Of a stretch of DNA of 64,000 nt, positions 1-12,390 are shown piece by piece (the first letter of the stretch is position 1; every line of letters begins with the position of its first letter). This DNA is from Sphagnum compactum. Lineage: Eukaryota. The stretch is from the NCBI GenBank assembly GCA_965153455.1, contig OZ234493.1, forward strand, positions 17,536,213 to 17,600,212, given 5' to 3'. Under the pieces are notes generated by a model. The model worked only from the letters and a program-made list of their open reading frames with translations. It was not told the origin of the DNA and did no database searches. The position numbers and the translations under genes are program-made.

Positions 1-939
1 TTAGAGTTAAAGGTTTGCCCTCGAGAGTACCACTAGTTTGACCAGCATGAACTTCTAAATCACTAGTCAATGGAGTTGAGGTCTTGTCCACTCGTAGATG
101 AGAGAAGTTCATAGGGTTATGCATGTGCGAATCATCTTCTAACTTTAAGAACAAAGTTGACTTGTGTTTCATGGATCCAAAAACCTCTTCATTGTCAAAT
201 GTGGTGTATGTTGTGAAAATTCAGCACTAGTTTTGAAACTTGCAACTATTGTTGCCATTTCAGCAATTCTGTGAAAAGCATTTCACTTCCTTTTAAAAAC
301 ATCTCCCCATATGCAACCTTGCATTGGGACCCAAATTTTTACAACAAATCCAAAAACAATGACATGAACAATGAGCTAAAAATGTTCATAGAGAAATTAT
401 AGATGCTTGGGTCAACATGTGTCAATGTGGAGCAAAAACTTCAATGGTCCAAACTATGGAATTGGCCAAGGTTGTTGAGGGAATTTCAAAAATTCCCAAC
501 ACTAAGAATTTTTTATGTTTTTGATAAATGGTTCCACAAAGCTACTTTCTAATTTCAAGTAATCATATTTGACATTGTGAAGTAATAATCTTAGATCTAT
601 TTCTCTTATGTGAAAGGTTTAAGCTTTCATATTTGCTTTCAAGTTATGGGAGGCCACAACGTTGTTGGAGTCAATAGTAAAAAACCTTGGAGTAAGAATT
701 GAAGAAAAACCTTAGCTTTTGAAACCCTTTCAGTCATCATGTAGTGTGATCCTCCCCTATCCCCCCCCTTTTTTTCCTTCTTTTTCACTTCCCCCCCCCA
801 TGGTGATCAAAACCTTTTCGGTTACCATGTTGTGTGACCCCCTCTTATAAAATTGAAGGTTCTTATTTTGTTTCATTTTGATTAGTTGGGGATGCTTCAC
901 AAGTCCAATTTTTGTTTATTTATTTATTTATTTATTTTT

Positions 940-1380
940 ATTTTTTTTGCAATGAACCAATTTGATTGGCCCATCACAAAAAATAGTTTAAATTATAGAA
1001 GCTCCCCAAAATAGAAGATTCTATGTGAAGATGGAATGCTTCCCCCTTTGGCCCACCTATATAGGTGAGAAGGGGAGGATTTTGGGCAAAACATATGGTA
1101 TTAAAGCAAGGTGTTATCGAGAACACCCTTGGAGAACACATTGGGAACTTAAGGAACATATTGGGAACTTGAAGGGAACATGTTGGGAACAAAGGAAAAA
1201 TGGAAACCACCCCCCCCCCACCCCCACACCCAAAACTTATAAGAAAAAATTCAAAGCATTTTGAATGCATGTTGAACCAGCTTCCCATTGGCTGCATGAA
1301 ATTTCTCCAAAACTATTCATCACCATGTTTGGCCTATGCTAATACCCCCATCGTAAATTGGGGGTATTTATTTCTTTGTT
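940..1380. repeat. Dispersed non-coding repeat rich in GGGAAC motifs; related copy in opposite orientation at about 37860-38200
   Basis: Repeated TTGGGAAC units. The segment ttttttgcaatgaaccaatttgattggcc (about 943-971) resembles the reverse complement of ggccaatcaataaggctcatcccaacccaaaaa (about 38121-38155). The ORFs over it look spurious. Confidence 0.55.
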
Positions 1381-1612
1381 TGTTTTTTTCTTATTATTTA
1401 TTTGATCCCCCCCTTTTCCTCATGATGGCATTCCCATGCAACAGCCACACATGGTTGTTGGAATGTCGTCGGATGGTGATTGAATTATTTTGGTCAACAA
1501 TGAGTCATTTGGATAGTTGATGGCTAAAAAACTTTGGTCGCCAATCCTAAAGATTGAAGGCGATCAAAAAACTTTGGTCGTTAACTAGTTGATTATATAG
1601 TCAACAAACTTA

Positions 1613-1768
1613 TTTTGGTTGCCATTCTGATACCAATGGTCTAGTGGCGACTAAACCTCTTTTGGTTGCCATTCTAACATTAATGGTCTAGTGGCGACTG
1701 AACCTCTTTTGGTTGCCATTCTGACACCAATGGTCCAGTGGCGACTTAACCTCTTTTGGTTGCCATTT
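1613..1768. repeat. 47-bp tandem minisatellite, about 3.3 copies
   Basis: ggttgccatt recurs at 1617, 1664, 1711 and 1758. Confidence 0.9.
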
Positions 1769-4700
1769 GATGGCCTTACATCGATGATTCTTACATGTTG
1801 GATGGTGACTGAAAATTTTAGTTGCTAGGGAATCTGGATTGGTAGTCTTGGCCTGACACCTAAATTGAGCCTTCAATAACGACCGAAGGCGACCAAGTTT
1901 GGCCTAGGCCTAACTCCTGGGCCTTTGGGCTAGAATGGGTCCATTATTAGACCCCCACTTTCCTCATTCTATGTACTTTCTTCCATGATGTGTGAGGATT
2001 TTGTTTACTTCAAATAATTAATGCCATACACTTGGAAGAAAGTGCAAGTCCTTTTTGAGGGCTTTAAAGTTCATGATGTTATGAAAATAATTATGTGTTA
2101 GACTTCAGGGATAAACCTTTTGGAAGACCTCAATACTGATTCATTATACAATTTAATCCTAAACTTAACTTTAATTTAGCCCATTTTAAACCCTAATTTA
2201 CCCTTACTTTACATGGATTGTGGGTTTGATTTCAATGGCGGATGGTGTGGATTAAAGGATAGTGGTCAAGGGCCATGGCATGAAAGGAAGACGACATGAA
2301 GCAAAACTCAAAGCACTTGAAGATCCAACCGTGCTAGCAAATGCTAGATGACTAATCTTTTCCTAGCCTTGGTTGTACACCTTATGTTCGCAATATGTGT
2401 GGTGGTGCCACATTGACAAGAAGTGGCCACTTTCTAGGCATGAAAGTCATAGAAAAAAAATTATGCCCAATATACAAGTTGCTTGGATGAATAGATGAAG
2501 GCATGCATATTGGAGGTGCACATGGCCATGATGGGGCGGTGAAAGAACAATTAGGTGAACTATTTGGACTATCAGAGTTGTAATTTTTTTGGATTATAGA
2601 TGAACATAAAATGTAAAATCATATCAAGCATTAAAATTTTCAATTTTTTCATTATCCATGTTGTAATATACTTTATTGAAAATATTTTTTAAAATCATGG
2701 ATGAGTTTTAAAAAAAGAATGGACTCATTGTGGACTTTTGAAATGATGCCATTATGTTTGTCACACATAGAAAATAAAAAATCTGGACTCAAAAAAATGT
2801 CATAATATCAAAATGAAAATAAAAAAATTGGCCACCATAAAATGAATAATTATATTATAAAATGCATTGAAATTGTTTCAATATATATTTTTTCATATTT
2901 AATAATTTAACTTGTTGTGATTTTCGTCATTTTTACAATTGATATTCCATTTCACATTGAGATCTTTAAACTTTTCTCTGAATTTCTTGACCAATCATAT
3001 GTTTAGGGATATTTATAGGGTGGTTTATTAATATTTGTGACCAAAACCATAGGGGATAATTATAGGATTTATAGTTTAATAATTATTTTAAATGCATGAA
3101 CAAAGTTAGTGTAAGATATGGATTCTTCAAAATGTCAAATGTGAGCCACCTAACCATGCTTATACCCAGGGAGCCAATTTAATTCCAAAAACTAGGTGCT
3201 TTTGATTGTGGCATGGATGGTTTATGAGGAGGTGGTGCTTGGGGTTCAAGTTGATTAGAGGATTGTTTCAAGTTCATGAAGGGGCAATGCGCTTCTGCAC
3301 CGACTAGGTAGATTTGCGGTGGCAAATCCGTTGGCTCCTCTAGAAAATCCTCCAACTCCTACAATAGTTCCCCCAGTTTGTAAAGCACGAGCTCGGGTTC
3401 CTCCCAAACCTACCCTTCTCACTTCCCCATTTTTTTTCAATTGGTACCATTAATGCCGTTTGTTCCCGAATCAATAACACTGAGTACATTTCGTATCCAA
3501 GGTCCTTCTCTTGTGATGAATGATTGAATTTGTTTAGTGCCATTGGGAACAAAGTCCCCTTCAATCACAATTGAACATGCACAACCCCATGGATGGAAAA
3601 CAATTTGATTTTGTGGTTCAAGTGACATCTTATATGTATTTGACATGATAGAAGGTGGGGGGGGGGGGGGGGGTTTGGCACAGGGTATTAACATATTCAC
3701 CTCCACAAGATAGCCGACATTGTAGAACATGTTTTCAATGAGGTGCTATGAAGGGATGGACGTAATGCAAATCCAATTTCGGGAGGTGACATTGGAGCGT
3801 GGTGCACTGTGTGAATAATTGGGTGCATGCCAAAGAAAGTGTCTTGGGTTAGAATAAGAAATTGCCAATCAACAAAAAAACATTGGAAGATGCACTCACA
3901 AGGGCCATTGAGGCGGAAAAGGAATGCCTAAATTCCATGGAAGACATCGAACACTATAATCAAACATTAATTGACATGAAAAAACAATATTGAAAAGATG
4001 ATGAATTGTTTGTGAAGTCGACCCAATGAAATTCAAGCAACATGCAACTTACATGTAGGGTGAAAACATGGCAAAATATGCCCAAAAAAATCTCATACAA
4101 GTAATTATAGTCACATTTATGGCATAAACATGAAAAAACCTATTCAAAATTTCTTTAACTTTCATAATAAAGCAATGGTGCTTTCTATTGAGTTTATGGT
4201 TAGCTACACATAAAGTTTGAAAATTTTTAGTATAACAAAAATGGACGAAACATATGTTTTAAAGTAACTAGGTTTTCAAATTTTCAAACATACTTTTATA
4301 TGAAAACTTTAGTAGATTATGATTATAATATGAAAAAATTTAAAACACATTGATACATATTAGTGCTTCATCCATTTGAAAGTATAAAAAATTCAATTAC
4401 AATTGTACTTTCATCATATTTTCATATACTTGTTCAAAAGTGGGACATATACTTTCTTATACTTGTATTTTTAAAGTACTTAAATGCATATTAAAACATG
4501 CAATCTCTTTAATATCATTCAATGAAGTCAAAAAATTCCTCTTATTGATCATTAAAATAAAATATATTCATGAGTTCAATGTATTAAGGCTTAATTTATA
4601 GATATTTTACATTAAAAAATCAAGTATATTTCATTGGCATACTTTACCATGTTTTCACCCTATATTTTGATAGCATTTCAAGCTATGTAGATGGAAGTAG

Positions 4701-5958
4701 AGGTTGTAATCTAGTGCAATGGAATACTGTGAAAACGTGAGGTTTTGATCACATAGTTTGACATCATGGCCCAAGATATCCAAAATGTTTCTTGATAATC
4801 TATCAAAGATGCAAAAAACTGGAAGCATAGATTGGGTGACACATCCTAAGCTTGAATAAGAATATGTCATTACTGTGTAAAAAAAAACTTGTGGCCCACA
4901 CTTCAACCTTTCATGCAAAATGGAGAACTATGCTTTATTTGTTGCTGCCCATTTGGACCAAAAGGAACATGGCTTTTGGGCACTTGCCAACACATGTACC
5001 ATCCATAGTGCTTAATAACTTTGATGGTGGCAAGGAGGAGATGTTCATAATGTAGGGCCGCATTTCACTAACACCAATACGAATAATTTAGTCTTCAAGC
5101 GGCCATCCCACAACATTGGGAATACAACATGATTAACACACCCAATAGGCCACAAACATGGGGCGTAAACATGAAATGGATTTGGATTGTTGGTATGTCT
5201 GTTATTACAAGAAAGTCAATATGACCAATGACAATATGATGAATCCATGATTCACAAAGCATGTGAATTGTTGTAATTGTTAGCGACCAATACACGATGC
5301 CATTGGTTTTATCAATTATTTTGGGGGTGGTATAACCCAAGAACCAATACATTCATATAATCTGAATCTGGAATGTGTTTGGTACAACCTAATGGGGGAG
5401 GAAATTGGGCGGGGGGTTCACCATAATTGATTTTCAGCCTAAAGACCAAGTTGACTTGACATTAGAGGAGATTAACGAAGGATCGTGTTTGAAAGATGAT
5501 GTTACCTTTGCATTGTTAATTACAATATTTCCTCACATAGTCACAATGTTCAACGAATTACTTAATTTTCTTGGTTGGGATGTAATTTTGAATGGGGAGC
5601 CAATTGGCTTAGAAAATCATGGTAGTTGACAATGTGGTCTATAAATAGGTATGATTTCCTTCCCACTCTTAAGGAATAGGCATTGACATTATTTTAATAA
5701 ATGAGATTTTTAAAAAAATACAAAATACAAAATAAAAAAATGAAATGATTTTGGGGGTTCAAATTTTAAAGATGTACCAAAATTTTGTACATCACCCTTT
5801 GTTATATTTTTTACCTAGTTTGTTTATATCACATTTATGGTTGATTATGATGGAAGTTATAATTATAGTGATTTAAAATGTGATACTTATGAAATATTTG
5901 ACATTTTTTGACTCATTAGTTTTGATACAAATCAAAATACATAGGAAAAAAGGACTAT

Positions 5959-6180
5959 AAGGACCAAGTCCTTTTTGTTTTGGATGGTACACCTTAAAAG
6001 AATTTCACCTTTAAAGACTAGGTCCTTTTTACCATGGGTGGTACACCTTAAAAAAAATTCACCCTTAAGGATTAAGTCCTTTTTTGTTTGGGTGCTACAC
6101 CTTAAAAACAAAATTCACCTTTAAAGACTAGGTCCTTTTTGTCATTTGTGGTACACCTTAAAAGATTTTCACCCTTGAAG
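5959..6180. repeat. About 54-bp tandem repeat, 4 copies with alternating A/B variants
   Basis: The unit gtccttttt...tacaccttaaaa...ttcacc occurs four times; copies 1/3 and 2/4 are more alike. Confidence 0.8.
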
Positions 6181-7223
6181 GTTTTCAATCCTCAAAATGT
6201 GAGATTTTTTTTTAATTGCCAGATTTCTATATTTAGTAGCTAAAAATTAAGGTGTAGCCAAAAATTATAGAAAGATAATTAATTAAAGATTTGTAATTCA
6301 TATCTTGTTTATAGTCAGATTTGGTTAAATCATTTAAAGAATGATTGTTGACTTTGCTACATCTTCCTATGTAAGGTGGCCACTTTGGCTGCATCAAAAT
6401 ATTCCTAGAAAATACACTGGTAGGAATAATATCCTCTTTTCTAGGCATAATATCTCCTATTTTCTGGAAATAGTCACTGGTAGTGAGAATACGCTGGTAG
6501 GAATAGAATCTCCTCTTTCCCAGAAAAAGTCATTACAGTGCCAGCGCGTGTTAATTGTCATGTAGCTAAGGTGCCCTTGTGCTGATCATCCAGAAGAGGA
6601 TTACAGTGTATATGGCTACCAACAAAAAATGAAAGTTTTAAGAAAAAGGCATCCTTCTATACTATTTTGTTACTGTACTGGAACTTAGTACAAAATTCTG
6701 GCTACATTCATTTACAAGAAAACCTTAAAAACACTTCAGAAAAAAAAATCGTCACTATTGAAAATTTTCACCTAAAAACTACTCCGAGTAGGGACATGAT
6801 TGGATATATGAAGAAAAGCTGGAGGGAATCCCAGGTAGTAAGAATAGAGTATCGCATAAGCTGTAACCCCGAGCAGGCCTTCAATTGTGCTCTCCACGTG
6901 AAAGAACACCTACGAAAGAAGGCTTCAAAATTCATATTTCATAAAGTACCTTTCATGGTGAAAGACTGACCAAGAAAGTGCCTTTAACAATTGAAAAGCT
7001 CATTTAGCAAACACGTGAGACCCGTGGTTGGATTGCACGAAGGTCCAGAGAATGCCATGATGACTAGATCTGACAATATACGATTAGTTCTATAGATAAT
7101 GCCCATAATCCAAATATTAGATGATGAAACCCTGCCAAACTTTATAGACAGAAAGCACCCAAGAAAGGGAAAATATTCCGTTTATGTGCACTGGAAAAGG
7201 TGCATTATTGAGCGGATGCCAGG

Positions 7224-7478
7224 CAGGGTTTCTTTTACTAATTTTGTGATGTAGCCAAATTTGGCTACATAATGGATATGAAAGTAGAAAAAACCAGAAT
7301 CCTTCTATATTCTTGACTACCTTCTGGAAGTTATCATAAACTCTGACGATTTGAAATTTTCAGAAATCGAAATCTGGCTTATTTGAGCCAATTTTCCCAT
7401 GGAAAAACCATTTTCTAGGCCGAAATCATATTTTTCAGGTCGAAAATTTAGCCAAAATTCGCAGCAAAAGAAACACTG
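7224..7478. mobile_element. hAT-type MITE (CAGGGTTT...AAACACTG), same family as 50285-50567
   Basis: Imperfect CAG...CTG termini and internal similarity to the 50285 copy (tagccaaattt, aaagtag, ttctatattcttg). No TSD is preserved. Degenerate relatives lie at about 6180-6420 and 6560-6790. Confidence 0.6.
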
Positions 7479-8077
7479 ACTGCTTTATTGGCGATTTTTT
7501 CAAAAGAAAAAAAAAAGCCTTTTGTAGGGGTCGCAGCTCCAAAATTCTTTGGCGAAACTTCACACCAAAAAACACCGTTGGTCCCAAATTTCCTCTGACA
7601 AACATCCACCAGTACCACCAGTCCAAAACATTAATCTATTCTTTTAACGCATCATTTTGGGATCAAGGTATCATAACTTTCGATCTAACACCTTGAGTTC
7701 ATTCGTGAATTTCCACTGATTGCCTGAAGATGGCACAAGCCTCTTTTCGCGAGTTATAAGAACTCTTGAAACCCATTTACTCCATGTGTAGGTTCTTTGA
7801 GATCATTCTGCTTGGAAGCACTTGGACTACAATAATCTCCACAAGGTTGCGGGGCGGAAGCTTGCCAACCGAAGCCTTTTCTGTATAAGACATGTATTTC
7901 GTCAAATTGTTTGCAGATTGCACAAAGTGACTTATCGGGCGTAGCACCGGCAAACGAATTCCTCATTAGATATAAACTTAACGGTTGGACGTGGATTTGA
8001 TATTTGATCGATTAAAATATTCCGTTTCGGTGAGGATATTGCTTCAGGTTCAGAAGAGAAGGAGCTGCAAAATCGTC

Positions 8078-10244
8078 ATGACATCTCATGAGGAATCGAA
8101 CCATGTCAAAGCCGGAGCACATGTGGTGGCCTTCCCTATTCCTGCAGGAGGTCACCACGCTCGCTTTGTTCCTTTTGTAAAGTTATTGGCAAGGAACGGA
8201 CTTACCATCACTGTCATCACCACAACTAATTACCTCGCCAGAATGCAACAATCGCTCGTGGAAAACAATAGCTTGGAAGTCCGCCATAATATTCGAGTCG
8301 TTGGTGTCGACCTTCCTCCTGAGTATTCAGAGATCAAGTCTGATAATTTCCTAACGGTACTTCGAGCTGTTGCAAACCTGAAAGATCCGCTCAGACACAT
8401 GATGCAGGAATTGATGGAGTATGGTCTAACCAATGGTATTGATGAATCCCCAGATTCTCATCTTCTCCGGCCTCCAGTATGCTTCATCTCCGATTTTAGT
8501 TTACCCTGGACCCAGGTAAACTAGCAGCATCTGGCTGGTTCATTTTTCTACACCTGTTGAAAGTTCTATCTAGAGACTAACAAAATTTCTTGTGCGCATG
8601 GATCCATGTCCCCGCAGTTGGTTCATATTTCTTTGTTTAATCGTGCACAAACTTCAAGAACTTGTAATATGATACTAGAAAAACCCCGGGGTACATGCAG
8701 GATATAGCAGATGAATTCAATCTCCCGAGATATTCTTTCTACCCATCAACACATTTTTTATCGCTAGTATTTAGTCTTCGGGAGTTCAACGCACAGGGTC
8801 GCCTCCCTCCGAAAGATGGAGCGCCCTTTATGATTCCAGGTTTCGCCCCGATTCTGCCCTCCGATCTGCCCAAATCTCTGCTCCACAGTAATGCAAAGCT
8901 CGTGTATGAAGGCGAACGCTTACGGGAAGCAACTGGGGTGCTTGTGAATACTGCGTATGAGCTGGAATCTTCCATCATCGACGGGTTACAGGAAATGCTC
9001 CGTAAAGAGTCAGAAGGAAATGAGGTTCTAGCTCCATTTTTTCCCAATCAGAAAATGTCCAATTTGTAGTAAGTTCGATTGATTGGAGGTCATTTTTGCC
9101 TGATAGATATTTCCATCCTATTAGCTCATAGAATGTTAATTTCCATGGATCTATTTTTTTGGGAGTCCCATCCTACATGTTTCCATCCTATTCTTTCAAA
9201 GAATATCATGCACGATTTCTTGTCTGCATACTGTAAGGGGACTTTAGTGGCCATACGAGCATATAAGGGATTAAGGGGTCAAAGTGTAATTATGTGTGAA
9301 TAGCTTTCTAGAGCTGAATCTGCCCCTTGCCCTCTATTGTTGGCGGTGTTACAAATTGTAAGTTTTTAACGCCTGAAATGATATGAACGATTGCATAACA
9401 TGATGTCTGTATTTTGCTGTGCACTATATCAACTAACAGTTATTTTGGGTTGTGATTTCAGACTGGACATGTGCCCAAAATACTGACAATTGGGCCTTTG
9501 GTGTATGAAAATTTTCGATTTTCCGGAGGTGATCAACCTCTTCGAGAAAGAATCCAACAAGCTGCAGAAGACGACAACGTCGAGTGTCTGCACTGGTTGA
9601 CCGAACAACCGGAAGCGTCTGTCTTATACATCTGTCTTGGATCAATGTCCACGTTTCCAACGCAACAAATAGGTGAATTTGCTTCAGGGCTTGAAGCTAG
9701 TGGGGTGCATTTCCTTTGGGTTTTGAAGGTTCCATCCAGTGAGGAGTCAGCAGCATCATACATTGCAACATTCCTTCCCGAAGGTTTCACAGAAAGAACG
9801 AAGGACAGAGGTTTGATTTATACATCTTGGGCCCCTCAATTACAAATCCTTGCAAACCCAGCCGTTGGAGGATATCTAACACAGTGTGGATGGAATTCAA
9901 TCACGGAGAGTATTGCCATGGGAGTGCCCATGATTGGATGGCCAATTTGGGCTGATCACATGCTAAATCGCATACTATGTGTTGACGTCTTAGACATAGC
10001 ACTGTCAGTTCCCAACACCTCTGACGATGCAACCCTTGTTGAATCGTCCACCCTTGTTGGACATGAGGAGATTGAAAGGGTAATCCGGTTGTTGATGGGA
10101 GACACAAGGGGTCAAGTTATCAAGAAGAACGTTGAAGAACTAAGTAAGATTGTAGAAATGGCAACGAGACCAGAAGGATCGTCATGGAAAAACTTACTCC
10201 ATTTCTTGGAAGAGGTTAATTCCCTAAGCTTAATCAACAAATAA
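8078..10244 (+). CDS. Family-1 UDP-glycosyltransferase (plant UGT); exons 8078-8515, 8701-9024, 9462-10244; about 514 aa
   Basis: N-terminal HVVAFPIPAGGH (catalytic His), CFISDF (catalytic Asp), VLVNTAYELE, WLTEQPEASVLYICLGS and a PSPG box WAPQLQILANPAVGGYLTQCGWNSITESIAMGVPMIGWPIWADH. Two phase-0 GT-AG introns join the three ORFs in frame. Confidence 0.95.
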
Positions 10245-10538
10245 TTATTCTTCTTCAGTGGTGTTTTCCTTACACAATGAAAGAAAGATACATTGGATAT
10301 TTTGGACATTCGGTGCTCAGAAGCGCGAAGGATCGGTGGAAAAGTAGGAAGATTGTCTTTACACGCAATCGGTTACCGGAGAGAGTGGTAGGAGAGTCAA
10401 TGCTCTCTTAGCAGGGTTGGCACAAGATGCACAACTTGTAAAATTCTTCGTTTCTGACACAAAAGGTCTGAACAAAACTGGTGCACGTCAAAGTTTGCCA
10501 CGTCAATATTACTTGAGCAATATGAAGTAAATCAATAA

Positions 10539-10859
10539 CAGCCTTTTTTTTATTTGCCAAATGCCAAAAGCGAAATTCAAAATTTAAAAAAAAAAAGTTA
10601 TTTTGGAGGTTTTCAATCACCCAAGTGAGGGAGGGGGGGGGAGGTTGGGGATCACTACATTCATATAATTGATTTTCATTTTGGCTAGCATTGTGTAGCC
10701 AAAAATATAGTTCAGGGTGATTAAAGATTTGTACTTTATTGCTCATTTATAGCCAGATTTGGCTAAACCTTCCAAGGAATGATCACCACTTCTTCTACAT
10801 CTTCCTATGGATGATCGTCACACCTGGATACAAACAAAAATTCCTTAAAAAAAACACTG
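10539..10859. mobile_element. hAT-type MITE relative just downstream of the UGT
   Basis: CAGCCTTTTTTT...AAAAAAACACTG termini and the family core tagccagatttggcta. No TSD. Confidence 0.5.
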
Positions 10860-11805
10860 ATATTCACAGTAGGCCCCAGACAATTTGAATCTTTTTGGTA
10901 TTACTTGCCCTTTGGAGAAGTTGGCCGTGTACACGCAATCCACATCATTGCCAAGATTGTCAACTCTTTGCACATGTAGGTCATGGGCTGAGGGATGATC
11001 ACCACTTTTTTTACATCTTCCAATGGACGTTCATTGGACGTTCATGGCGCCCTTGCCATTGTGGAGCCACTTTCAAAGTTTGCCATCAGGAAGATGAGCA
11101 GAGTGAATCTTGTGCGGAAGCAATCTGAGCAATTGTTACATGACCTGCACACGTAGTGGAAGATTTAAATTAACGAGGTTTATTATTCTTTCCAGGCCAT
11201 CCTTTAAGGTATCTCCACCGCACACCTGCGAACACCCCCTTTTCATTAAACCTTGTAGCATGATAGCGTGAGTCCTGCTGCGCTCGTGTTTTGACGTCCA
11301 TTTGCAGTGGTCATTTTAACCCTTTAAAAATCTTTTTTCTCCTATGTAGTATGGATTTGGACAGTGACTATTACTCGGTCCAGATGTAAAGACATAAATG
11401 GTCTTTAAAAGGGACTTTTATGATATTTGTGGGTGGGGACGGTGATCATTAAATGGTATTCTATTCTAAAATAGAGGAGTTGTTAACAGTTTTGGGGTGG
11501 AGATGCTTTAGATCTCCTAAAGTAATAGCAGGATGAATCTTGCATATGGCGTCGGTCGATGACATCCTGTGCACTAAACAGGGAACATTGCCTTAGCCTG
11601 GACGGGATTGCCACATATTGTGTGCACATGCAAATGGAAGCAGTATGACAGGTGTCCAAGTGCGCATGTTGCATGCAGTAGCCTAGGGTTCGTTTTCACA
11701 TGGACAAAACGAATAATTGAGTTTTTCAAAAATTCATTCGTTTCTAAATATTGAAAATTATTCTTAATTCCATTATTGTTATATGAGGAATGAAATCAGG
11801 ATTGT

Positions 11806-12390
11806 TTTTATGGGCTAAAATTAGCCAAATTGTTACATATTATATTCATGCTTACTCGAAGACCTATTGTAAAACAAAGAGTGTAAGTAAAAAATTTAGC
11901 TTGCAAACCAAATGGTGGCTGGCAATGAGATCATCTGTTACAAGGTGGCTACATTTGGATTCCAAACATTTAGCTTCATTGTTAATTTCCATACATGTAG
12001 TTATATACTTCATCACCGAAATTTCCACTACAATTCACATTACTTATTTCTTGTTTAAGAAGTTTTTTTTGTAGTGTCTTTCAAAGTTACATCATTTGTG
12101 AACAAATGATTGACAACTCCAAGTCTAAATTTAAAGGATCATTTACAAGTTACAATGTACTCAATGTAAAGGACCTTTTGTCAAATGTTTATGTAATTAC
12201 GATGAATGTAACCAACACAAGTTTTTACAACTTGGGTTGTTTCACTAGTTTTGAACTTTTCTATCTTAATATGTTGTAATTATATTTATTAGAATTGTAG
12301 GCACTATTAGCATATTTGTGCAACCTCTAAATTTAAGCCTTAATCACATATATTACCATACTACATGTATAGAAGCCATTAAAACTAAAA
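11806..12390. repeat. Dispersed repeat with a direct copy at about 28021-28580
   Basis: Collinear shared blocks tttatgggctaaaattagccaaatt, agacctattgtaaaa, ttgacaactccaag, tactcaatgtaaaggacct and gcactattagcat. Confidence 0.75.

Noticed and set aside
1..5650. Coding-like patches at about 1-640, 3240-4060 and 4650-5640
   Set aside because: They are stop-ridden and I could not assign any motif; they are probably old transposon ORFs and need a homology search.
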